A DNA stretch of 63,832 nucleotides, from contig OZ024741.1 of the NCBI GenBank assembly GCA_964016885.1, forward strand, positions 390,104,169 through 390,168,000, given 5' to 3'. A model generated the notes under the pieces. It ran no database searches. It was not told where the DNA came from and saw only the letters and a program-made list of their open reading frames with translations. The DNA comes from Eledone cirrhosa. Its lineage: Eukaryota. Every line of letters begins with the position of its first letter. The stretch's first letter is position 1. Below are positions 40,001-53,168 of this stretch, in pieces. A program made the translations under genes and the position numbers.

Positions 40001-43000
40001 GAAGGTATTTTAGCCTACATATTGTCGTTAATATTATGATGTTCCCTGCTGTATTAGCGTTAAATTTTCCCTGCTGTATTAGCGATAAATTTTCGAGGGT
40101 TTCTCTTAGTAGTTTTTCATGACGTTATTATTGTTAATTTTACTGATGTAGTATTAACTTATTAACTTGGATATTTACCATGCGGTATTCTAATCCTATT
40201 GTATCTCTCTCAGTTATTTACCATGCGACCCTCAGTTCCTACCCCCCCTCTCTATGCACTTCTTTAAGGCTTACTACCCTGTCTTTAACCTAATTCATTC
40301 AATCTGAAAATATTGAAGAGATAAGACACTTTCCCATTCTTCTCTGCTAAAATGTATCACTAGAGCTGATTCCAATTTTTCCAGCCATCCATCTAATCTA
40401 CGAAGGTATTTTAGCCTACATATTGTCGTTAATATTATGATGTTCCCTGCTGTATTAGCGTTAAATTTTCCCTGCTGTATTAGCGATAAATTTTCGAGGG
40501 TTTCTCTTAGTAGTTTTTCATGACGTTATTATTGTTAATTTTACTGATGTAGTATTAACTTATTAACTTGGATATTTACCATGCGGTATTCTAATCCTAT
40601 TGTATCTCTCTCAGTTATTTACCATGCGACCCTCAGTTCCTACCCCCCCCCCCCTCTCTATGCACTTCTTTAAGGCTTACTACCCTGTCTTTAACCTAAT
40701 TCATTCAATCTGAAAATATTGAAGAGATAAGACACTTTCCCATTCTTCTCTGCTAAAATGTATCACTAGAGCTGATTCCAATTTTCCAGCCATCCATCTA
40801 ATCTACGAAGGTATTTTAGCCTACATATTGTCGTTAATATTATGATGTTCCCTGCTGTATTAGCGTTAAATTTTCTCTGCTGTATTAGCGATAAATTTTC
40901 GAGGGTTTCTCTTAGTAGTTTTTCATGACGTTATTATTGTTAATTTTACTGATGTAGTATTAACTTATTAACTTGGATATTTACCATGCGGTATTCTAAT
41001 CCTATTGTATCTCTCTCAGTTATTTACCATGCGACCCTCAGTTCCCCCCCCCCCTCTCTATGCACTTCTTTAAGGCTTACTACCCTGTCTTTAACCTAAT
41101 TCATTCAATCTGAAAATATTGAAGAGATAAGACACTTTCCCATTCTTCTCTGCTAAAATGTATCACTAGAGCTGATTCCAATTTTTCCAGCCATCCATCT
41201 AATCTACGAAGGTATTTTAGCCTACATATTGTCGTTAATATTATGATGTTCCCTGCTGTATTAGCGTTAAATTTTCCCTGCTGTATTAGCGATAAATTTT
41301 CGAGGGTTTCTCTTAGTAGTTTTTCATGACGTTATTATTGTTAATTTTACTGATGTAGTATTAACTTATTAACTTGGATATTTACCATGCGGTATTCTAA
41401 TCCTATTGTATCTCTCTCAGTTATTTACCATGCGACCCTCAGTTCCTACCCCCCCCTCTCTATGCACTTCTTTAAGGCTTACTACCCTGTCTTTAACCTA
41501 ATTCATTCAATCTGAAAATATTGAAGAGATAAGACACTTTCCCATTCTTCTCTGCTAAAATGTATCACTAGAGCTGATTCCAATTTTTCCAGCCATCCAT
41601 CTAATCTACGAAGGTATTTTAGCCTACATATTGTCGTTAATATTATGATGTTCCCTGCTGTATTAGCGTTAAATTTTCCCTGCTGTATTAGCGATAAATT
41701 TTCGAGGGTTTCTCTTAGTAGTTTTTCATGACGTTATTATTGTTAATTTTACTGATGTAGTATTAACTTATTAACTTGGATATTTACCATGCGGTATTCT
41801 AATCCTATTGTATCTCTCTCAGTTATTTACCATGCGACCCTCAGTTCCTACCCCCCCCCTCTCTATGCACTTCTTTAAGGCTTACTACCCTGTCTTTAAC
41901 CTAATTCATTCAATCTGAAAATATTGAAGAGATAAGACACTTTCCCATTCTTCTCTGCTAAAATGTATCACTAGAGCTGATTCCAATTTTTCCAGCCATC
42001 CATCTAATCTACGAAGGTATTTTAGCCTACATATTGTCGTTAATATTATGATGTTCCCTGCTGTATTAGCGTTAAATTTTCCCTGCTGTATTAGCGATAA
42101 ATTTTCGAGGGTTTCTCTTAGTAGTTTTTCATGACGTTATTATTGTTAATTTTACTGATGTAGTATTAACTTATTAACTTGGATATTTACCATGCGGTAT
42201 TCTAATCCTATTGTATCTCTCTCAGTTATTTACCATGCGACCCTCAGTTCCTACCCCCCCCCTCTCTCTATGCACTTCTTTAAGGCTTACTACCCTGTCT
42301 TTAACCTAATTCATTCAATCTGAAAATATTGAAGAGATAAGACACTTTCCCATTCTTCTCTGCTAAAATGTATCACTAGAGCTGATTCCAATTTTTCCAG
42401 CCATCCATCTAATCTACGAAGGTATTTTAGCCTACATATTGTCGTTAATATTATGATGTTCCCTGCTGTATTAGCGTTAAATTTTCCCTGCTGTATTAGC
42501 GATAAATTTTCGAGGGTTTCTCTTAGTAGTTTTTCATGACGTTATTATTGTTAATTTTACTGATGTAGTATTAACTTATTAACTTGGATATTTACCATGC
42601 GGTATTCTAATCCTATTGTATCTCTCTCAGTTATTTACCATGCGACCCTCAGTTCCTACCCCCCCCTCTCTATGCACTTCTTTAAGGCTTACTACCCTGT
42701 CTTTAACCTAATTCATTCAATCTGAAAATATTGAAGAGATAAGACACTTTCCCATTCTTCTCTGCTAAAATGTATCACTAGAGCTGATTCCAATTTTTCC
42801 AGCCATCCATCTAATCTACGAAGGTATTTTAGCCTACATATTGTCGTTAATATTATGATGTTCCCTGCTGTATTAGCGTTAAATTTTCCCTGCTGTATTA
42901 GCGATAAATTTTCGAGGGTTTCTCTTAGTAGTTTTTCATGACGTTATTATTGTTAATTTTACTGATGTAGTATTAACTTATTAACTTGGATATTTACCAT

Positions 43001-43433
43001 GCGGTATTCTAATCCTATTGTATCTCTCTCAGTTATTTACCATGCGACCCTCAGTTCCCCCCCTCTCTATGCACTTCTTTAAGGCTTACTACCCTGTCTT
43101 TAACCTAATTCATTCAATCTGAAAATATTGAAGAGATAAGACACTTTCCCATTCTTCTCTGCTAAAATGTATCACTAGAGCTGATTCCAATTTTTCCAGC
43201 CATCCATCTAATCTACGAAGGTATTTTAGCCTACATATTGTCGTTAATATTATGATGTTCCCTGCTGTATTAGCGTTAAATTTTCCCTGCTGTATTAGCG
43301 TTAAATTTTCCCTGCTGTATTAGCGATAAATTTTCGAGGGTTTCTCTTAGTAGTTTTTCATGACGTTATTATTGTTAATTTTACTGATGTAGTATTAACT
43401 TGGATATTTACCATGCGACCCTCAGTTCCTACC
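37046..43433 (+). repeat. Tandem array of 16 ~400-bp monomers derived from the LINE 5' UTR
   Basis: TATGCACTTCTTTAAGG starts at 37046, 37448, 37845, 38241, 38643, 39046, 39447, 39852, 40253, 40659, 41059, 41461, 41864, 42269, 42671 and 43068; last unit runs into the LINE leader; homologous to 17545-17750 (minus strand). Confidence 0.97.
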
Positions 43434-43672
43434 TCACAATTCCCCCCCGCCCACCCCCACACACCACCATAGTCTATTCGACCAATCAAACCTAGCATGC
43501 CATTTCCACTGCTGCTGCTACTACCTGCCTAACTAACTCTCTCCTCCTCTGGCGCATCCCAACACACCCTGCCATTACCCCACCACCACTGTTCTTCTAG
43601 CCCTCAATTTTCCCACCGTTATGGATGGATGAGCTGGGAATACACGAGCAACTCTGAATCAATAGATGAAAT

Positions 43673-46600
43673 ATGAATCTGCGAGCTACCAAGCACCCAC
43701 GTGAAGCGCCAACACAGAGACCCTCCCCTACGAGTGTCGACAAATGCCCAAAACTCCGAGTTGGTACCATCAATGTAGGCTCAATGAAAGGAAGAGCAGG
43801 AGAAATCGTAGAAATGCTAGAGCGAAAGGAAGTTGATGTATGCTGTGTGCAAGAGATTAGATGGAGAGGAGGGTCTGCTAGAGTCCTTGTAGGAAAAAGC
43901 CAGTGCTACAAATTGTTCTGGGTGGGAAATGACGATGGGATGGGTGGTGTAGGTATACTATTAGCTGACAAGTGGGTAGATAAAGTAATCTCAGTGTACA
44001 AGGTAAATGCAAGAATCATTAAACTCAGACTAGTCCTGAATAAGACAATTACCACAATAATATCAGCTTACGCACCCCAATCGGGGCTGCCAGACGAACT
44101 TAAGGATAGGTTTTACGAGTCCCTAATACACACTACTGCTCTAACAGACGACAAGGACTTCCTAATCATTGCAGGAGATTTTAACGGACACGTAGGTAAA
44201 CACTGTGACGGCTTCAATAGAGTACATGGAGGTCATGGAGTTGGCACAAGGAATGAGGAAGGATTCAGACTTCTAGAATTCTGCGACGCCAATGACATGT
44301 CGATATGTAACACAAACTTTAAAAAACCCGACAACCACCTGATCACCTATAGATCAGGGGAGCACTCTAGTCAGTTAGATTTTATCCTCATCAGAGGACG
44401 TGACAGATGGACGGTCGTAAACACAAAAGCCTTCCCTAGTGAGGAATGTACATCCCAACATAGCTTAGTTGTCAGCGACCTCACGGTCAGAACTAGACGA
44501 GCCGTGAAACAGAGGCCAACCTGGAGAAGAAAGATCTGGAAGCTGAAAGTCCCCTCAACCAGTAACAGATTTAAAGATATTTTACTCAACGCCTACGACA
44601 GTAAAGAAGAACAGATAGAGACATTTAACGTAGAAGAGAACTGGGAGTTCCTAAAAAATAACTTACTAGAAGCGACGGATGAGGTTTGTGGCTGGAGTAA
44701 GACCTCAAGCAGGAGGAGAGTGACTTGGTGGTGGAACAATAAGGTAGATGAAGCAGTCAAGGCCAAGAGACAGGCATGGAAAGAATGGAAGAACGGGGGG
44801 AGCAGGGTACATTACATAGAGACCAAGAGGGAAGCTAGGCGACAAGTATACTTAGCTAGGAGGGAAGCAGAGGATAGAAAATTCAAGCATGTTTTACAAC
44901 GTGAGGACCAGAAACAGGAGGTATTCAAGATTGCGAGGCAGTGTGTCAGAGATAGTTGTGATGTCATTGGAGAGAAGTGTATCCGGAATGATAAAGGTGA
45001 GCTTGCCCTCACAAGTGCTGAGAAGAAAGATGCATGGAAGAGTCATTATGATAGATTACTAAATGAGGAGAATGCATGGGAAGAAGAGACCCTACCCCAC
45101 GTAGACCCTATAGAGGGACCAGCAGTACAAGTCAGCGGCAGCGTAGTAAGTAAGGCAATCAGAGATATGAAGATGGGGAAGGCAACCGGTCCATCGGGTA
45201 TAGCTGCCGAGATGCTGAAGGCATCTGGGTCTGTAGGTCACACTATAACCACACGTATCGTTAACCAGGTAATACTAGAGGGGGCCATACCAAAAGATTG
45301 GTGCAGTAGCATCATTGTCAACTGCTACAAAGGTAAAGGCGATGCACTAGATAGAGGAAACTATAGAGGTATAAAGTTGATGGACCAGGTCATGAAAGTA
45401 ACAGAAAGAGTTATAGCACAGCTGATTAGGGACCGGGTGAATATAGACGAGATGCAATTTGGGTTTGTACCAGGGAAAGGCACCACTGATGCCCTCTTCC
45501 TTGTGAGGCAATTACAGGAAAAGTACCTAGCTAAAAGTAAGCCACTCTACTTGGCATTTGTCGACCTTGAGAAAGCCTTTGACAGAGTTCCACGTGCAGT
45601 AATCTGGTGGGCTCTTAGAAAACTAGGAGTAGATGAATGGCTTGTGAAAGCGGTACAAGCCATGTATAGGGGAGCAGTCAGCAAAGTTAGGATTGGCAAT
45701 GAGTATAGCGAGGAATTTAGCGTACAGGTTGGGGTCCACCAGGGCTCTGTTCTTAGCCCTCTCCTGTTCATCATAGTCCTGCAGGCAATAACGGAGGAGT
45801 TTAAGACCGGATGCCCATGGGAACTCCTGTATGCTGATGACCTCGCACTCATAGCTGAATCTATGGTAGAACTAGAGAATAAATTCCAAACCTGGAAGCA
45901 GGGACTAGAGAGAAAGGGCCTCAAAGTCAACATGACAAAGACTAAGGTCCTTATAAGAAGACGAGAAAACAGAACCCAGATCCCCTCAGGGAAATGGCCT
46001 TGCTCAGTATGTAGGAAAGGTGTAGGTAGGAACTCCATTCTCTGCCCCAAATGCAAACAATGGGTACACAAGAGATGTAGCGGGATCTCAGGAAGCTTAA
46101 TTAAGAATGTAGGATTCACATGCAGCAGCTGTGCTGAAACAGCAAGCAAACAGCCACAGGAAACAAGTACCACCAATCTCTGGGAGGGCCCTGTAGAAAC
46201 AGTAGACAGCTTCTGCTACCTAGGTGACCGAATTAGCAACGGAGGTGGGTGCTCAGAAAGTACAATAACTAGGGTAAGAACGGGATGGAAGAAGTTTAGG
46301 GAACTACTACCACTGCTAGCTGCAAAAGGCTTCTCCCTCAGAATGAAAGGCAGACTGTATGATGCGTGTATCCGAACAGCGATGTTGCATGGTAGTGAGA
46401 CCTGGGCGCTGAAGGTGGAAGACTTACGTAGATTAGAGAGAAACGAAGCCTGCATGCTCCGATGGATGTGTAACAGTAATATACGTGAACGACAAAGCAT
46501 AAAGGAATTGAGAGAGAGACTGAGCATAAGAGGAATCAAATGCTGCGTGCAGGAGAGGCGGTTACGCTGGTATGGACATGTAATGCGTATGAAGGATGAC

Positions 46601-46792
46601 AGCTGCATAAAAAGGTGCAGAGCACTAGAAGTTGATGGAAACCGCGGAGTGGGGAGACCCAAGATGACTTGGGATGAGGTGATAAAAGCCGACCTTACCC
46701 AACTACACCTCTCAAAGTCAATGACACACGACCGTGACTTCTGGCGTCACGCAGTAATACAGGGTACCCGACCTCCCATGGGTACATGCTGA
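43673..46792 (+). CDS. Intact RTE-clade LINE ORF: AP endonuclease, reverse transcriptase and embedded PHD finger (1039 aa)
   Basis: APE motifs TINV, VQE, SAYAP, GDFNGH, LDFIL, SQH; RT motifs [37 protein letters not shown]; single-ORF layout typical of RTE; no stops. Confidence 0.96.
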   Translation: MNLRATKHPREAPTQRPSPTSVDKCPKLRVGTINVGSMKGRAGEIVEMLERKEVDVCCVQEIRWRGGSARVLVGKSQCYKLFWVGNDDGMGGVGILLADKWVDKVISVYKVNARIIKLRLVLNKTITTIISAYAPQSGLPDELKDRFYESLIHTTALTDDKDFLIIAGDFNGHVGKHCDGFNRVHGGHGVGTRNEEGFRLLEFCDANDMSICNTNFKKPDNHLITYRSGEHSSQLDFILIRGRDRWTVVNTKAFPSEECTSQHSLVVSDLTVRTRRAVKQRPTWRRKIWKLKVPSTSNRFKDILLNAYDSKEEQIETFNVEENWEFLKNNLLEATDEVCGWSKTSSRRRVTWWWNNKVDEAVKAKRQAWKEWKNGGSRVHYIETKREARRQVYLARREAEDRKFKHVLQREDQKQEVFKIARQCVRDSCDVIGEKCIRNDKGELALTSAEKKDAWKSHYDRLLNEENAWEEETLPHVDPIEGPAVQVSGSVVSKAIRDMKMGKATGPSGIAAEMLKASGSVGHTITTRIVNQVILEGAIPKDWCSSIIVNCYKGKGDALDRGNYRGIKLMDQVMKVTERVIAQLIRDRVNIDEMQFGFVPGKGTTDALFLVRQLQEKYLAKSKPLYLAFVDLEKAFDRVPRAVIWWALRKLGVDEWLVKAVQAMYRGAVSKVRIGNEYSEEFSVQVGVHQGSVLSPLLFIIVLQAITEEFKTGCPWELLYADDLALIAESMVELENKFQTWKQGLERKGLKVNMTKTKVLIRRRENRTQIPSGKWPCSVCRKGVGRNSILCPKCKQWVHKRCSGISGSLIKNVGFTCSSCAETASKQPQETSTTNLWEGPVETVDSFCYLGDRISNGGGCSESTITRVRTGWKKFRELLPLLAAKGFSLRMKGRLYDACIRTAMLHGSETWALKVEDLRRLERNEACMLRWMCNSNIRERQSIKELRERLSIRGIKCCVQERRLRWYGHVMRMKDDSCIKRCRALEVDGNRGVGRPKMTWDEVIKADLTQLHLSKSMTHDRDFWRHAVIQGTRPPMGTC

Positions 46793-46831
46793 AGCATATA
46801 AACAATATGCCCCACACCCCCCACCGCCCCA

Positions 46832-46968
46832 CCTGCAGGACTATGATGAACAGGAGAGGGCTAAGAACAGAGCCCTGGTGGACCCCAACCTGTACGCTAA
46901 ATTCCTCGCTATACTCATTGCCAATCCTAACTTTGCTGACTGCTCCCCTATACATGGCTTGTACCGCT
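46832..46968 (-). repeat. Inverted 137-bp copy of the adjacent LINE's own RT sequence
   Basis: Reverse complement of 45649-45785. Confidence 0.95.
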
Positions 46969-47031
46969 GTATGTATATATATATGTATATATATATGTAT
47001 GTATATATATATGTATATATATGTATGTATG

Positions 47032-47071
<40 letters not shown>

Positions 47072-47073
47072 TG

Positions 47074-47111
<38 letters not shown>

Positions 47112-47535
47112 TGTATGTATATATATATGTATGTATATATATATGTATGTATATATATATGTATGTATATATATATGTATGTATATATATATGTATGTAT
47201 ATATATATATGTATATATATATATATGTATATGTATATATATATATGTATATATATATATGTATATATATATATGTATGTATATATATATGTATGTATAT
47301 ATATATGTATGTATATGTATATATATGTATATATATATATATGTATATGTATATATATATATGTATATATATATATGTATATATATATATGTATGTATAT
47401 ATATATGTATGTATATATATATGTATGTATATGTATATATATGTATGTATATATATATGTATGTATATGTATATATATGTATGTATATATATATGTATGT
47501 ATATGTATATATATATGTATATGTATATATATATG

Positions 47536-47566
<31 letters not shown>

Positions 47567-47621
47567 GTATATATATATATGTATATATATGTATATATAT
47601 ATGTATATGTATATATATATG

Positions 47622-47652
<31 letters not shown>

Positions 47653-47717
47653 GTATATATATATATGTATATATATGTATATATATATATATGTATATAT
47701 ATATATGTATATATATG

Positions 47718-47748
<31 letters not shown>

Positions 47749-47838
47749 GTATATATATATATGTATATATATATATGTATATATATATATGTATATATAT
47801 ATATGTATGTATATATATATATGTATATATATATATGT

Positions 47839-47911
<73 letters not shown>

Positions 47912-48009
47912 TATGTATGTATATATATGTATATATATGTATGTATATATATGTATATATATATATGTATGTATATATATGTATATATATATATGTATGT
48001 ATATATATG

Positions 48010-48071
<62 letters not shown>

Positions 48072-48322
48072 TATGTATATATATATATGTATATATATAT
48101 ATGTATATATATATATGTATATATATATATGTATATATATATATGTATGTATATATATATATGTATATGTATGTATGTATGTATATATATATGTATATAT
48201 GTATGTATGTATATATATATGTATGTATATATGTATGTATATATATATGTATGTATATATATATGTATATATATATGTATGTATATATATATGTATATAT
48301 ATATGTATGTATATATGTATAT
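46969..48322. repeat. (TA)n/(TATG)n microsatellite
   Basis: Directly visible. Confidence 0.97.
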
Positions 48323-48546
48323 GGCACAGGCATTGCTTTGTATTTGGAGATCTCTCTGCACTTGTCGTCACATGGTACCAAGGGCCCAGCACTATGTGTA
48401 AATAATTGTCACAAGTGTAGTGTCTGTACCAGAGTTTTCAAGTCGCTGGCTGGACTAAAAAGTCACACTCGTTCAGTGCATCGATAGGGGTTCTCCTACA
48501 TGGATATAAAGTAGTGGCCGTACTCGAAAACGAGTTGGCAGCCACC
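48323..48546 (+). mobile_element. Strongly 5'-truncated copy of the bipartite RTE-derived element
   Basis: [26 protein letters not shown] relic; same 3' end followed by (AT)n. Confidence 0.78.
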
Positions 48547-48811
48547 ATATATATGTATGTATGTATGTATATATATATGTATATATGTGTATGTATGTAT
48601 GTATATATATATGTATATATATGTATGTATGTATGTATATATATGTATGTATGTATGTATGTATATATATGTATGTATGTATGTATATATATGTATGTAT
48701 GTATGTATATATATGTATGTATGTATGTATATATATGTATGTATGTATATATATATGTATATATATGTATGTATGTATATATATATGTATGTATATATAT
48801 ATGTATGTATG

Positions 48812-48858
<47 letters not shown>

Positions 48859-49269
48859 GTATATATATATGTATGTATATATATATGTATGTATATATAT
48901 ATGTATATATATATGTATGTATATATATATATATATGTATATATATATGTATATATATATATGTATATATATATATGTATGTATATATATATGTATGTAT
49001 ATGTATGTATATGTATATATATATGTATGTATATATATATGTATGTATATGTATGTATATGTATATATATGTATGTATATATATATGTATGTATATGTAT
49101 ATATATATATGTATATATATATATGTATATATATATATGTATGTATATATGTATGTATGTATATATATATGTATGTATATATATATGTATGTATATATAT
49201 ATGTATGTATATATATATGTATATATATATGTGTATATATATATGTATATATATATGTATATATATATG

Positions 49270-49304
<35 letters not shown>

Positions 49305-49333
49305 GTATATATATATATGTATATATATATATG

Positions 49334-49380
<47 letters not shown>

Positions 49381-49849
49381 GTATGTATATATGTATGTAT
49401 GTATATATATATGTATGTGTATATGTATGTGTATATATATGTGTATATATATATGTATGTATATATATATATGTATGTATATATATATATGTATGTATAT
49501 ATATATGTGTATGTATATATATATATGTATGTATATATATATGTGTATGTATATATATATGTGTATGTATATATATATGTGTATGTATATATATATGTGT
49601 ATGTATATATATATGTATATATATATATATGTATGTATATATGTATGTATATATATATGTATGTATATATATATGTATATATATATATATGTATGTATAT
49701 ATATATGTATGTATATATATATGTATATATATATGTATGTATATATATATGTATATATATATGTGTATGTATATATATATGTGTATGTATATATATGTGT
49801 ATGTATATATATATGTATATATATATATGTATGTATATATATATGTATA

Positions 49850-49880
<31 letters not shown>

Positions 49881-49882
49881 GT
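48547..49882. repeat. (TA)n/(TATG)n microsatellite
   Basis: Directly visible. Confidence 0.97.
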
Positions 49883-49934
49883 ATCTATCCCTTTTAGCTA
49901 TCCATCACTGAAAATCATCTATATCTTTTTTCAG

Positions 49935-50002
49935 CCAGCCAAAGTGGGGTTCTGTCTAAAAATATGTTGGCAAAAATCAAAGGAAATGACTTTCCATCAA
50001 AG
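49935..50002 (+). CDS. SQOR: SQOR coding exon ([23 protein letters not shown])
   Basis: TTTTTTCAG acceptor, AG/GTAAC donor; 2+66 nt bridges the phase-1 end of the previous exon to a phase-0 start; QSG motif as in SQOR AAQSGIL. Confidence 0.88.
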
Positions 50003-50999
50003 GTAACAATTCAGATAATTTTCTATTATTTTCTGTTTTATGTACGTCTATGTTTTGCTGGGGTTAATACTCATCGATGTAAGGCATGGCAATGTGGTTA
50101 AGAAATTTACTTTGAAACCACACAGTTCCTAGTTCAACCTCACCGATTTGGAGTTTTATGCCTCGAGTGAAAAAATCTTGTGAAGGGAATCTGGTAGATG
50201 AAAAATGCGTAGAAGCTCGTTATATGTATGTGTGTGTGTGTGTATTGCTATATGCGTCTGTATTTATGTGTTATCCTGTAACTTACTGACTGAAAAAAAT
50301 TAAGGTCAGTAAAAAAGTATTGGGGTCGATATGTTCTTTAGCTCAGAGATCCCAAACTTTTAGTCCTTTGATCTCACTATCGAATCCTTGACCGCAGGCA
50401 TGAAGAGAAATAAAGAAATAAATACATCAATTCTATAAATCAGAAACCTGTATAAACAAAGTTGTATTTTATTGTATTAGTTTATATATATATTCCTTAT
50501 ATAAATGTTAGGTTTTAGCTCAAAAGTTCAGTCGAACACCTTTTTTTTTTTTTTTTTTTAAATTATTATTCAGGGGGATTAACTCTATTTGACATATTTG
50601 GTGAAATTGGTTATAGTTATCTCCCTTCACCTGTCGCTGATATTCGTGATCTATTTTATGTTAACTCAATCAAGATTTTCCATTATCTTTTTAGTCTTAA
50701 ACTTGTTATAATTCTATTCAGATCGAGGATGTATTACAATCCTAGTAGTTGACTGCTACTAAACTAAGTTACTAAGAGTACAACATAGTTGTTTGTTGTT
50801 GTTATAGTGCTGCTCTATATGAAAGGGATTTATATTATTCACTCTTTCCTTGTATTTATCAGAAGATTATACTTAAAAGTATTCTTACAAATGACAAGAT
50901 ATACAATATCTTCATTCCTCTATTTTCTGGCCATTTTAACTAGGCATCATGTAATATTTTATCATTATATATATATATAATAATAATAATATAATGAAA

Positions 51000-51580
51000 T
51001 TATTGTGTAAAGTGCTCAGGTGCACTACAACTCGTCAAAGGTGCATGTATAGTACATAGAATAATATACAAATGTCAGGGAAGTGAATAGTGTAAGAGTC
51101 ATGATATTCATGTGTGCATGTGTATGGAGAGGGAATATTAGGTGTAGTGTTGGTGAATCTCAGGAAGCATGGAGGTTTTAAAGGATGCTGTGTCTCGACA
51201 GTTAACAACTGATGCAGGTAGTTTGTTCCATGCTTCAGCAACTCTGAGCATGAAAAAATGTTTCCAAAAGTCTTGGGAGCTGTGCTGTTTTCTGACTTTG
51301 TAGGCATGCCCACGTGTTGTTGGCAAGATGGTTAATAATTTTGTGGGTGTTTACCAAGTCAGTTGCCAGATTTTGGAGCTTCAATGTATCCATGCCCAGG
51401 GAAGCAAGGCGTTCAGAGTATGGTTGATGCCTGATGGAGGCTATTCGCTTGGTTGCACATCTCTGAACAGTTTCCAGGCGGTCAATGTTCTGAGCAAGAT
51501 AGGGGTTCCAGACTGGTGATGCAAATTCTAAGTGTGGCCGCACCATAGCTATGTACAGCCTATAGAAGACAGATTCTAAA
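51000..51580 (-). mobile_element. Degenerate CR1/Jockey-group LINE 3' fragment
   Basis: LYIAMVRPHLEFASPVWNPY..IDRLETVQR.ATK and TRGH..K..WNKLP peptides. Confidence 0.85.
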
Positions 51581-51592
51581 TGGCTCATTATA

Positions 51593-52122
51593 TTGGGTTG
51601 GTGCATAATTATTGCGACAAATCGGTAACAATTAGGACACGTTCAGCTTTGTTGTTATCGGAGAGTTCGTGGGGGACCCACCCAGCCAATTTCCATACTT
51701 TTCCGAGCTTTTTGAGACAACGAATGATGGTCGAATGGTCCACATTGAAGTCTTCAGCCAACATACTCGTTGTCAAGCTTTTGTCCACTTCCACGGCTGC
51801 CAAAAGTGCCCGGTCGTTGAAATTGGATGGTTGACCTCTTCCTTCTTCATCTGCGAGGTTTGTATCGCCCGATTTGAACCTCCTGAACCATCTTTCAACT
51901 TGGCTTTTGCTGATTGTTCCTTCACCAAAAAGTTCATTGAGATCATGAAATGACTGTGGCTGCATTCCAACCTTTCTCGAATTGGTAGAGCATAATATGA
52001 CGAATGTGGATAGGATTTTCGATACGTATTCTTAAAAGAGAAAAACCCGACCGCCATTTAAAGATGTTTTTGTTATATATAATTTGTTGAAAAAAAGCCG
52101 CAATAATTATGCACCAACCCAA
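51593..52122 (-). mobile_element. Internally deleted mariner transposon
   Basis: 24-bp TIRs TTGGGTTGGTGCATAATTATTGCG (Hsmar1-like) flanked by TA; N-terminal HTH region and WVPHEL motif; DDD catalytic domain absent. Confidence 0.92.
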
Positions 52123-52504
52123 TATATACAAGAATGTTTCTATATAGTTACATAGAACCACATTATATATACAAGAATGTTTCTATATAGTTACATAGAA
52201 CCACATTATATATACAAGAATGTTTCTATATAGTTACATAGAACCACATTATATATACAAGAATGGCTCTATATAGTTACATAGAACCACATTATATATA
52301 CAAGAATGTTTCTATATAGTTACATAGAACCACATTATATATACAAGAATGTTTCTATATAGATACATAGAACCACATTATATATACAAGAATGGCTCTA
52401 TATAGTTACATAGAACCACATTATATATACAAGAATGTTTCTATATAGTTACATAGAACCACATTATATATACAAGAATGTTTCTATATAGTTACATAGA
52501 ACCA
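52123..52504. repeat. 43-bp minisatellite, ~9 copies, with degenerate units to ~52665
   Basis: Unit ATATATACAAGAATGTTTCTATATAGTTACATAGAACCACATT. Confidence 0.95.
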
Positions 52505-53168
52505 TATATATTAAAGACAGGCTTTAAATGAGAACACAGGGTCTCATTATATGTACAAGACAACTTTATATAGTTACATAGAGTCTCATTGTGTTTACAA
52601 GACAGGTTCTATATGGTTACGTAGAGCCTTGTTATATAGCCAAGACAAATTTTATATGGTTACATAATGCTAAAAATGACGTAGTGCATAAGGTATTGGA
52701 CAATTATCCAGTTATTCATAGGGCACAATTTGTATATAGCTATGACACTTTTTTTTATTTCACATATATCATATCACCTAACCTTTATGAATATGTTCCA
52801 TGCTGTCTGGGAAATGTTATCAGCAATAGACTGGCAATAGAATCTGGAGAAACAGTTATTTCTCCTTGAATTGATTAATATCATTAAGCCAGACAATCCA
52901 GTAAGGGTGCATCTCAAACATGTGGCCTACAAACTACTTTTCTATGGCTTGCAGTAGAACAATTTTCATGACTAATATTTTTCCTAATACTTGACAATTT
53001 GTCCCTCACCTTTTCCATATTTTGCTGCACCAGCAGTATTAAGCTTGACTTGCCAACCTAATGAAGACATTAACAAAATAAATAAATAGATAGAATCCTA
53101 TCAGTTGTATTGCAGATTAGCATTATAACTTGTGGAGATCACGCCCCTCCCCTAGTCTCTCTCTATAT

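Noticed and set aside
37046-43433. 400-bp array as a hammerhead retrozyme, rDNA/snRNA array or CRISPR
   Set aside because: No CTGANGA core found on either strand, no recognisable RNA gene and no unique spacers; homology to the LINE 5' UTR explains it.
44371-46662. Antisense ORFs of 66-209 aa over the LINE (and equivalents at 14362-16604)
   Set aside because: Shadow frames of the RT ORF with no motifs; shared only because the copies are recent.
52123-52504. 43-bp repeat (and the 45-47-bp repeat at 28376) as CRISPR arrays
   Set aside because: Contiguous tandem units without variable spacers; eukaryotic context; no cas genes.
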